From the NCBI GenBank assembly GCA_013239625.1, contig MU053629.1, positions 3,499,567 to 3,563,566 of the forward strand: a DNA stretch of 64,000 nucleotides, in the 5' to 3' direction. Positions within the stretch are counted from its first letter, which is position 1. The number at the start of each line of letters is the position of its first letter. The DNA comes from Lama guanicoe (taxonomy: Eukaryota). Below the pieces are notes generated by a model. The model was given only the letters and a program-made list of their open reading frames with translations. It had not been told where the DNA came from and did no database searches. The position numbers and the translations under genes were made by a program. Of the stretch, positions 38,270-48,620 are shown one piece after another.

Positions 38270-40160
38270 TGCTCCGTAGATGGTTCACTCAGCGCCCTCC
38301 CGGGACCCCGCCTAAACGGCAGGGGTCAAGGGCCGAGGGACCCTCTCCACAAAGCCCCCATCTCTCGGTCCCACTAAACCTTCTCTAAACCTTTTAAGAG
38401 AACCTCTCCAACAGCACTCCAACAAAGAGGGCTGCGAAGCCGGGGTCTCGCTGGTTCTGCGGAAGCCGCTTGGGGCTGAGAATCCGGCCTCCCGGACTTC
38501 ATGAGCAAGAGGACGCGCGTCCCCGGCAGGCCGCGAAAGCCCCGGCCAACCTTCGCTCGCCACCACCTGGCCGGGGCATTAACCCCTGCTTTCCCGGCAG
38601 AGGGCGGAAGGGGCGCTGATGCCCCGACAAGAGTACCTTGGTCACAGCGAGCTAAGAACGGCCGGAAGCCCAAACGACCCAAAGACCTCCTCCAACCTGC
38701 TGGAGGCCCTGCTCTCTGTGTTCCCGGGGGAGTGGGGAAGGAGCGGGAGAGCCTGACGCGAAGCCACTCTGAAATATTTCTCTAGGGAACAAGACCACAT
38801 AAGAGGGCGTCAGACCGGCCTCGCAGCGTGGGCTAGCGGGGACGGATCCCGAGAAGCGGCGACCAAAGGATGGAGCCGGGGAGTCTAGGTCCGGGATTAA
38901 AAGCCAGAGCTCAGGGGCTCGGGGAATGGTCAAACTGAGGCTCTGCGCTCCTAGGTTTCGGTCGGGTGAGAGCTCCGTCCCTCTCACGGACCTTGCCCCC
39001 GCGACGAAGGATTTTGCACGTTTTAGTCGTATTTTTTTCTAACATATTAGCAAAATAAACCCAGTCCAGGAGGAAAGCGGCTGTGCTTCACGGCTCCAAG
39101 GGGCCGCAACCACCAACCACTCCCCGACCTCCAACACCTCCAACACCACCGCCCAAGGGTGGGCGAGAAGTTGGGAACTTCGGGACCGCGCTCCAGGCGC
39201 GCACTGGAAGTGAGTCGCTCCTCTTAACTTCGGGAGCAGAGGTCGCCGCCGAGGGCTGGAGGGACGTCCGGGGAGTCGACCCAAATGTCGGGAGTCCCGG
39301 ACTTCCCTGAGGAGAGTCGGGGCGACGAGATGAGAAAGAAAGGAAGTACGTTCCCGCTTCCAAAAAGCAAAAGTGCGCACGGCACCGGCCGGGGCTCGGC
39401 GGCGGCGAGGCGCACCGCTGGCCACCGCGGGAGACCTGGCCGCGCCCCGCAGTCTCTGCGGCCGGACCTGGCGCGCCCGGGGCGGCTCGGGGCGGCTCGA
39501 GGGTGCGAGTCCCCAGGCTGAGGGGCGGGCGCCCTCCCTGTGCCTGCCGCGCCGCGCCGCTGCGCTCGGGTCTTCCCCCGCCGCGGGCGCTGCGTCCCGA
39601 CTGCGGCCAGAGAGCCCTCGCCTGCCCACGCCGAGGCGCCCCACGTCCGGCCCGGACCCCCTCGCGTTCTCCCGGCGCTCACCTCCTCCTCCCGCGCCAA
39701 ACTCGGTTTCCGCAGCCCAGACCCCGGCAGGGCAGCGGGGATCCACGGAACCGGTGGAAAGTTAGTCGCGGGGGTGCAAAGCCCCCTCCCCGGGATCAGA
39801 ACCCCCGACCCCCGTCTCCCTGAGCCCCTCAGTGCTCCAGGGCTCGGCGTCCTCGCCGTCCCCGCCCAGCCACCTACCTGCTTCGCGAGCGGCACGCCCG
39901 GGGCTCAGCCGGCCGGTCGCAGTCCTGTGGTCCGGAGCCCGAGCCGCGCCGGAGCGGCGGGCAGCCCAGAGCCGGGCGGCGGGCGGCGGGCACCGCGAGC
40001 GAGCGAGCGAGCCGGCGGGCGGCTGGAGCCGCGGAAGCTGCTGCCGCCGCCGCCGCCGAGCCAGCAGCCCCCACCCGCTCCGTCCCTCAGTCCCTCCCTC
40101 TCTCGGTCCCTCCCAGCCTCCCTCCTCCCTGCTCGCAGCTCCCTCCCTCCATCCCCCACC
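38270..40160. promoter_or_regulatory. CpG island / promoter of an unidentified gene, most likely transcribed on the minus strand
   Basis: Very high GC and CpG density against a CpG-depleted background; GC-box-like GGGGCGG motifs and a (GCC)n tract at ~40037-40058; no interspersed repeats inside. Confidence 0.9.
39878..40160 (-). other. Probable non-coding first exon (5' UTR); its 5' end may lie in or beyond the N gap
   Basis: Minus strand reads ...GCTCGCGAAGCAG|GTAGGTGG, a good U2 donor (+ strand cctacctg at 39873-39880). It is preceded by GC-rich UTR-like sequence with a (GGC)5 repeat, and no convincing ORF crosses the donor. Confidence 0.55.
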
Positions 40161-40490
40161 NNNNNNNNNNNNNNNNNNNNNNNNNNNNNNNNNNNNNNNN
40201 NNNNNNNNNNNNNNNNNNNNNNNNTCTTTCAGTCCCTCTCTCCAGCTTTCCTTTGGTTTCCTTTTTCTCCAAGTCAACCTTTCCCAGCGTCTCTTGTCAC
40301 CTCCCTAACGTTCTTTCACTCGTTTCTCTCTGTTTCCTCTTTTTTGTCTCTAGCCCCTCTCTCTTTGCTATTTTTCTCCTCCTTACAACCTTTTTCTTTT
40401 CTTTTCTTTTTTAATTTGTTTTTGTTGTCGTTTTTTCTCCTCCTTTTAACCTTTTCCCGTCTCTGCTCTGCTCTCGCATCCCTGCTCCTT
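40060..40490 (+). repeat. Polypyrimidine (CT-rich) low-complexity tract flanking the gap
   Basis: Almost purely C/T on the + strand on both sides of the gap. Confidence 0.85.
40161..40224. other. Assembly gap (64 N)
   Basis: Run of N directly visible in the sequence. Confidence 1.
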
Positions 40491-41667
40491 CCGATGGGTG
40501 AGAGCGGCCCGAGTACAGCCTCCTTCCTGCTGCTCCTGCTCCGGATGGGGGATCCCCGACAGCGGTCAAGGGGGCAAGGGGAGCCCCGGGGATGTGCTGG
40601 TAACAGGCTGAGGAGGGACAGAGAGGGATGGGCCGGGGCTGGAGACGAAGGCTTGGGAAACAGTTGGACAGGGGAGAAAGGCAAGAAAGCCAAGAACTCA
40701 GAATGTCAGTGCCCTGGGGCAGTGGGGCTGAGCCGTGCCTGGTAAGATGAGGAAACTGAGGCTCAGAGAGAAGACAGCAAGGACTTGCCTTGCTGAGGTC
40801 TACTCAGAGGCAGGGCCTAGACCATCACTGTTCTGGAAGCCTGGGAAGGGCTCCTCTGCTACCCTGGAAATTCCAGGTGCCGGGGGCCCATCCACTTCTT
40901 CCAGCCTCTCTGCCTGGCCCAAGTCCCAAGCCCCCAAGGCCACTGGGAGGAAGTCTTCTCCCTCCCACAGCACCTTAGGCCACTTACACTACCCCACAAT
41001 GTTCCTAGAAGGGGGCTGAGCCAGGAAGAGGGGGAGGATCTGGCTTGGAAGTGACAAAGGGGCTTACTGACTACTCCTGCTTATCAAGGATGGAGTAGCA
41101 GCAGGGAGCTTTGCTTATGTGGTTTGTCTCCTTTTCTCCTTGAACTACAAGAGCAGGAAGGCCCAGACTTGGGTAAAGGTGTGTACACACCTCAAGAGAA
41201 TAAAACTTCTGCGAATAAAGCAGATATGTTATCTGAGGCTTTGGGAAATGCATGTCTGCACATGTGTCTGAGCACCCAGCCTTCTCTGGTCAGCCATTGA
41301 TAACGGACTTCATTCCAGGTCTGATGGGGCAAGTCCCACCCCTAGAAGCTTTTCCTGGCACTTCCCTGTTCCAGCCCAGTGGGATCCATTCTGCAGCCCT
41401 GCCTCGTCAAGACAGGATCATGATTCTCCTAGTTTCATCCCTAACTGCTGAAACCAGAGTTTGTCCCCCTTCAGCACTGTCCCCTTGGTACCAACTAGAA
41501 ACAGAATCTCTATCCAACCCCTGAGTAGAAGCCTACCTTGGGATATTGGCAAAACCCCATGCAAATATCCCATAGAGTTCCCTGCCTTGGGGACATCAAA
41601 TGGAATCAATAAACCCATGCCTGGCCCTCTGCTGTTCACACCACACAATCAGAAGAAGCATCTTTTC

Positions 41668-41750
41668 TGGGCTAGGACTATGTTGAAGCCAGTGAGACAC
41701 ACCTAGGGCACAAAATTCAAGAAGGCACTCACTCTCTGGGTCATGCAGTC
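41668..41750. mobile_element. MER91-like hAT-Tip100 fragment
   Basis: cctagggcacaaaattcaagaaggcactcactctc resembles MER91A. Confidence 0.55.
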
Positions 41751-42100
41751 AAATCTTAGGGCTGTCACCAACCAGCTGTGTCACCTTGGTCCATCACTGC
41801 CCCTCCCTGGCCTTCTGTTTTTCCACCTGACTATGAAGAGTTTGAAATGGATGTTCTCTAAGGGATTCTCCAGCTCTGAGGAACTGTCATTTTGGGGTAT
41901 CGGAGATGCCAAAGGTTAAGAGAATGGGTTCTAACTTTCTGGGTTTGTATTCCTGCTCCACCACATTAACTGTGACACTGGACAGCCACTTAACCTCTTT
42001 AACCTCAGTTTCCCTTTGAGTAAAATGAGAATGATAGCGGTACTGTGAGAAATAAACCAAACACTGCACACAGTAGCACTTGAGAACTGTTAGCAACTAA
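41750..42100. mobile_element. MIR fragments
   Basis: gctgtgtcaccttgg... and tgtgacactggacagccacttaacctctttaacctcagtttcc. Confidence 0.7.
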
Positions 42101-42759
42101 TACTATACAAGGTAGGTTTTTGAATATCTTTTCTACGTCTCTACAATTCCCTTTTGGATTATAAGTTGCAACTTCCACCTTCTCAAACATCAGTTCTAAC
42201 AGGTTCTTCATGGATAACCATTCCACCCTCCTCAATGAGCAAATGCATGGGAAGCAGCCCACTGGGCCAGCTCGCTCCCACTCACTCCCACACTGCCAGG
42301 TGTGAACTGCAGGTCTGGGGGTGGCCAGCCCCCTACACTCTGGGCTGAAGATTGCCTGGTTTTCCGCCATACTCTAAAAAGCCACACGGATCTATAAAGC
42401 TGCACCTTCTCCACCCAGCTGGCAGACCGCCAAGGACACATGTCCCAACAGAGCCAGGAACACTTTTAGCAAACATCTCTGAGGGTCGGCTCGGGGTCAC
42501 GCTGGAACCGGCCATCCATCATTCATTTGCCAGTCCCCGAGAGCCCGCTTATAGGAAGCACTGCTTCACACATCCTATTGCTGTATAATGTTCAACCCCA
42601 CTGCAACAAGTTTATTTTGGAAGTTATGAAACATCTAGGACCAGGATACTCATCTGAAGGCATAATCTGAGACAAAAGTCCACTATTTTAAGTTATAAGC
42701 CTTGCTCTGTAAAAGCTTACACTCTAACTGGGGCAAGAAGACGTTAAAACAGAGGAGTC

Positions 42760-42970
42760 CTGGAAGTATCTGCCTGAGTTCAAATACTGGCCCCATCACT
42801 TGTTAGCTATGTGACCTTGAGCAGGTTACCTCATTTCTCTATGCCTCAGGGTTCTCATCTGCAAAATGGAAAGGATAATGAGGTATGCGCTATTATTGTC
42901 CCCATCTTACAGAGGAGGAAACCAAGGCTCAGAGAGAATAAGGGTCACACAGACAGTACATAGAGCTTCA
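42760..42970. mobile_element. MIR pair
   Basis: gctatgtgaccttgagcaggttacc...tctcatctgcaaaatgg followed by ccatcttacagaggaggaaaccaaggctcagaga. Confidence 0.8.
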
Positions 42971-45354
42971 GAGTGTCTCTTCTCCAGTGAGATGGCGTCT
43001 GAAGCCCCGATCCATCTCCAGCTCTACACACATCAGCTGGACAGGGATGGGAGGTGAGGAGGCCAAACTCTGGTGACCAAGGTCAGAGGACCACCTCCTT
43101 CTCTGAAGTCAATTGTCAGAAGGCTAGGACGATGGAAAGAATGTCCAGGCTCAGATCGGGGGCGGGGGGGGGGGTCCTCTCATTTCTCTTGCTCAAGTGT
43201 GCAGGAAATTCCCTCTGTTTTCCTTCCCTCGCCTTCCTTTCCTTGCACGGGGATCGCCTTTCCCCCTCCCTCTTCCTTCAGAGCTCAGGCTCAAAGCCCT
43301 GGGACAAGCATCCAGCGCACACACCAGAGATGGCTGGAATCTGCTGAGTGGTGGAGAGATTTTGGCACTCGTAGGATCTTATCAGCTCCTCAAGTGAAAC
43401 CTGACATATTACAGCACTTGAGAAATTGTCTATCTTCCCATCAGACTCTGAGGGATTTGGGGTCTTACTTAGCCTTCACGTCTATTACAAAGCCTCTCAT
43501 CGGGCCTTGCGTTGTAAAAAGAATAAGTAAAATGCTTACAATGTATTAATAAGGTCTGTACTTGGTCTCATTTAGAACTGTCAACAATGCTGTACAGCAG
43601 GCATTATTATCCCCCTCTCAAAAAGGGGAAACTGAGGGTCCAAGAGGGTAACTTTCCCCAGGCCACACAGCTAGAAGGTGACAAAACTCGAGTTTGAACT
43701 CAAGCCTGTTCAAAACTCTTTTCTTAAAGTTCTAGTGTTTCTCACTGCAGGACTGGGGCCAGGGGAAGACGAGCAAACCACCAAGTCTACACTTTCACAG
43801 CCCTGAGAAAGCGCAGCCTTTGGATACTTCCAAAGAACTGTGTGGGGGACTGCCGGATCCTCGCATCCTAGCCACTGACAAGGTGCAAAGAAGAAACGGC
43901 GGAGCAGGCAGGATCAAAGGGAACTCACCAGCGTTCCATCTGCTCCCATAACACACGCTGACACAGTCCGCCCAGCACATCCTCAGATGTGCCCATGCAC
44001 AACAATCCTGCCCAGCACACACATTTCTAAGAGAGAACAACCCAACACACCTACGTATACACCCACACAACCCCAACCGCCTGCCTGCGCATATAATACA
44101 TCTCCTGCACTTGCTGAAAACAGGGGAGGGAGGTAGAGAATCAGGAGAAACTCAAGTGGAATGACTCTTTTCACGAGCTTTTTATGAACCCACAACCACC
44201 AATCGAAGTCTTGATTAACTTGGTAGTATTTATTAGATCATGTTCAATATTTAATAACTTTGAATATGGATTGAATATTTAATGAGACTGGCTGAGATCT
44301 ATTTACGCATAAACGTCAGAAGTGCCAATTGCTTTGAATTGGGAATTGAGTTTGTGACTCATTCTCAGAGGCTAGTGCTGGAGACCTCAGAATTCTGCAT
44401 TTTCATGGGTTTATTTAAATTATAGGTTATCATCTTGAAGTTATTACACTCCTATTTGTTATGATGCTCCACTGTTAGAGATTATTATGCAGCCCCAAGA
44501 AATGTGGCATTTGGACACTGAATTTCCTTGCATCCAGGCAAACTCAGATTGGGTCTCTTGTCCTCTTTCTTCCATGTTTACCGGGAAAAGAAACCAAATA
44601 GGATGCTGTGAAATGCATCTTGTCTTAAGCCCTTAGTCCCTCCACAGGCGCAAGACGATCTGGAAGCGATTTATATGGCATACTTTGTCCAAGACCAATT
44701 TGTCCGAGAGAGGGAACCCTGCTTTGTGCACTGGAGACAAGCAACATGAATCTCTGAATCTCTTTTTCCCGAAATAAGAGAATCAGATGCAAAACGAAGC
44801 TTTCTGAGGCATGGCGGTTCATGAAAATCCTTGGAGGATTTGAGATTCTGGAAATCAATGAATGAACTTAGCACATCCATATGTGCAGATTTTTCGTAAG
44901 TTACAGCTATATCACTGGTGCTATCTGGAGTAATAAGTAGTTATAAGATGTGGTTTGTTAGGGGCCAAAGTTAAATCACTGGAAATAGTCCTTATGTCAC
45001 AGCAGTCTGCAGCCCAGCAGGATATAAACTGCTTACTTACAAAAGAGAGCAAATGCATTCTCCATCTAATAACTCAACTCACCCACACACCTTTGTCGTA
45101 TTCTGATTTGCTTTGATTTGGGGTCCAGAACAAATGTACATAAAGGCTGCCAGAAGAACAGTAACAACAGTAAAACCATCTGGTGGAGAAGAAACCACTA
45201 GCTGAAGTCAGTGTCATCATACTTCTTGGTAACCAGAGTGTTTTAATTTTATTTGTAACAGATAACTGGGAAGAGTACACCTCTAACCACGTACCTCTCT
45301 CCCCATCTTCAGTAATCTGCCAACCTTTACATCCTACTTGATAGCCACACCCGT

Positions 45355-45701
45355 TTTTTTACAGCAACCTGAATCCCATCGAGCCACGTTTGGAGGGTTG
45401 AAGAACTCAAGTTTATTACACCGGCAAGCCCAGGGGAGTTAACACTCCAAGCTCTGGACCTGGTCTGTAGGTTTACACAGGCTTTTATAGGGTATTAGGT
45501 TGCCACTGAGTTCATGTCATATGCAAATGAGGTGTTAGAAATGGATCAATCAGCTTTTGGGAACCAACGGACTTTTAGGGGTAAGTTTCATTTTCCTAGA
45601 AGCAAGCCGTTTTACAGAAGCACTAAAGCGGGAAGGCAATGGCCCTGCCTGGGAGGTCTTGCTGGTCCCTTTGTGGGTTTTGCCCCCTCAGTTTACCTAC
45701 A
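45355..45701 (-). mobile_element. Probable ERV1-type solo LTR (antisense); boundaries approximate
   Basis: Minus strand starts TGTAGG, then TATAAAA (+ ttttata ~45483-45489) followed by AATAAA (+ tttatt ~45412-45417), the U3-R-U5 order. Confidence 0.6.
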
Positions 45702-46539
45702 TGTCCTGAATTCAACACAGTGTTCTGAGCCCCCTGATTGTACTCCTGCTGTTCTCAGAGCCTGAATGTCTTTCCTATTTTCTCCCAAGCTTGGCAAACT
45801 CCAGTCTCATCATTTAAAAGTCTGCTTGTTGACACGGCCTTCCATGGCCCCCTCACCCTACCTGTTTACTTACTTCAGTTAGCACCTTTATCACTGTCAT
45901 TTGACTGTAGTGAATTGGATGGTAAATTCCATAAAGTCATTTCAATATGTCCACTGTCCGGCACAGTGCTGAGCCATGCTGGCTGGCTGGATGGACAGTA
46001 GGACCTGGATGGATGCTTGGATGGGTAGATGGATGATTGGACTTGGATATAAAGGCACATGATTTTTACCTGTGACTTTTTATCCTTTGGCTTGAGTTGA
46101 GCAGGGGGTTGGTGTAGGAACCATCTTACTTTCCAGGAAGCTCATAATGCCACTCATTCTTAGGTTCAAGTCAAAGCTCAAAGAGATTAGCCACTCTTTT
46201 CGTTTTACAGATAAAGTCATTACCATCATGTTTTCATTCAACAAACAAACAATGTACCAGGCTCTCCATTCACTGCTTTGAGTCACAGCCCAATTCCTGA
46301 ATCAACCTAAGAGGATTTCTAGGAGCACACAGGGTCTAGGAGCAGCCTCTTTTCTCCAGTACTGTTGCCAGTCTCCCTGCAGCAAGCAAGAGACTTTGGG
46401 GGAAGCAGATGAAGGAGGGGGTCTGGGATTCCTTCCCAGTGGAATTAAATTGGCAATCCTTAGCTTTGTATAAGTGCCTCGGATGCTTTGTGGAAGCAGG
46501 AAAGGTATCAGCTCAACTCTTCCACATAAAACAAGCTGC

Positions 46540-47115
46540 CCTCCTCCTCCTCAGCTTCCTTGACACCACTCCCTGCTCTGTACTTGATCCTTCAGCAACG
46601 CTGAAATGTTTGTGGGCCCTGTGTCCAGTAGGACATAAGCCCACATGGGAAGGGACTTTGCTTTGTTTGTCGCCATATATCCAGCACCTAGAACAATGCC
46701 TGGAACATAATAGGCCATCGATGAATGCTGATGAGATGAGTTAATGAATGAGATGTCATACTTGTATCTTTGCTAGTGATGTCTCCTCTGTTTGGAATGC
46801 CCTTCCATCTTTCTCCAGCCTAACTCACTCATCCCACAAGGCAACTCGGGCATAGTCTCCCCTAGGAAGTCTTCTTTGAAGAGCCTGGGCAGGACAGAAC
46901 ACGCTTCCTCTGGTTTTCCTGGCACCCACTGCATAGATCCCCCCCCCCTTATCACTGTCCTCAGCATACTGCATTTATCTGGGATGTGTCTGCTTTCCAC
47001 ACTGGACTTTGAGATCGTGAAGACAGGAACCCTAGGCTATTCATCTTCGTACCCTCAGCACCTTGGCAAAGTGTCTAGAATGCAGAAAGCACTCTATAAA
47101 GATTTGTCAGGTTGA
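46540..47115. mobile_element. L2 fragments
   Basis: atatccagcacctagaacaatgcctggaacataatagg, ctcccctaggaagtcttc, cactggactttgag...accctcagcacctt. Confidence 0.75.
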
Positions 47116-47749
47116 ACTAAACAAACCCAAGTGGCTGCAGATTGGGTCATACCAAATGTGATGGCTGATTTATTGGGTCATTTGGCAAATACTGATTGAG
47201 TGCCTCCGATGTGCCAAGCACGATCTAGGTACTGGAGAGCCAGCACTGAGCCAAACAGACAAAAATAATGATGATGATAGCACTTGTCAATTAGCCACAA
47301 CCCAGATATTTTACTGGGCTAGTTAAGTGGTGTGTAGAGTCAATACAAAGCCTGTTTTAAAATTCAGCTTTACCATAATATTATTTAAGTTTAGGCAGGA
47401 AATTCAGGTCCTCATAACTCAATGGTCTCTCTTTCCTGGGCTTCAGGGTCCCCAGCCATATAATGAATACATTCTGTGGTCTCCCATGAGATACTCTGAT
47501 ATACGTTTATACAGGGCCCTCTGTAATTCCTTGCACGTTTTTAAACCTCAATAATTTGCCTAGAAACGCTTTGCAAATAGCATTAAGTATTTCAGGGCTT
47601 AGAAAAGGCTTCACAATTGCACAAAATGCGTTTGTATTTAAGATCCCTCGGTAAATAAAAAATTAAAGTCCAATCAGCTTTCAGTTCAGTGGAAATTCAA
47701 TTTGCCTTTAAATGCCATTCATGAATTTCTTTGATCAAACCCACTTACA

Positions 47750-48285
47750 TTTAACAAATTTTTATTGAGTCCTTCTATTGTGTCAGGCACTGTAATAGGC
47801 GCTAAAGAAAACCAAGATTAATAAGACGTGATCTTGACCTTTACTGAGCTTCCCAGTTTAGTGGGAAAGGCTGAAACACACTTACCTCCTGTAACATGTG
47901 AGACAGAGACATTCTGCAACAGAGACAGGTCTGCACAAGGTGCTACAAGAGCATGGAGGACAAACGTAATGCATCTTGCTTGCGGAGGTATCAGGGAAGA
48001 CTTGACAGAAGTGGTGATGCCTGAGCTGAGCCTCAGTCCGTGAGTAGAGTCTCATAAACAGCGAGATGCAGGGAAAGGACAGGCTAGAGAGAGAAGTGAT
48101 ATGGGCACAGCGATCGGAGGCATACGGCACAGTCATGAAGGATACTTGTCACCGGCAGCTGGAGCAAACATCACTGCAGGGGAAAGGAGAGAAAAAGGTG
48201 AGACAGGTGAGCTGGGCTCTGATTTGGACTGATGGCAAGTTAGAATCTTATTCTGAAGATAATGGAGACTATTGTTAAAGCTTAA
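47750..48285. mobile_element. L2 fragment
   Basis: aacaaatttttattgagt...tgtgtcaggcactgtaataggc...atcagggaagacttgacagaagtggtgatgcctgagctgag. Confidence 0.75.
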
Positions 48286-48389
48286 AGTGTTTAAAACTAT
48301 ATGATGCCTTTACATACATATTATACATATTATAAAGACATATAGCATAATATTCTGTCACCAAAAAAGTGAATAAAGACCAATACTAT

Positions 48390-48620
48390 CTGCCTTTTGT
48401 GGAGCGTTTACCGTGTGTCAGGGAGCGCTGTGCTAAGCACCTGATAAGCATTGTCACATTTTCTCTCCACAACAACCCCGAGATGTAGGAACCATAACGC
48501 CCACTTTACAGATGTGGCAATAGAAGTTCTGAGTGGTTAAGCCTCCCAGCTAATGTGTAGCAGAGCTAGAACTTGAACGCAGATGGATCTGACCTCAAAG
48601 CCCATGATTTTAACTTCTAG
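48390..48620. mobile_element. MIR SINE
   Basis: gagcgtttaccgtgtgtcagg...ctttacagatgtggcaatagaag...gagctagaacttgaac...tctgacctcaaagccc. Confidence 0.8.

Noticed and set aside
39878..40160. Assigning a gene symbol to the CpG-island gene
   Set aside because: No coding exon is in the window and I cannot recognise the UTR with confidence; it needs a BLAT search.
39540..40745. 401-aa + strand ORF and overlapping 130-235-aa ORFs in the CpG island
   Set aside because: Pro/Arg/Ala/Gly-rich products typical of stop-poor GC-rich DNA. The longest starts at GTG, reads through the N gap and a polypyrimidine tract, and has no recognisable domain.
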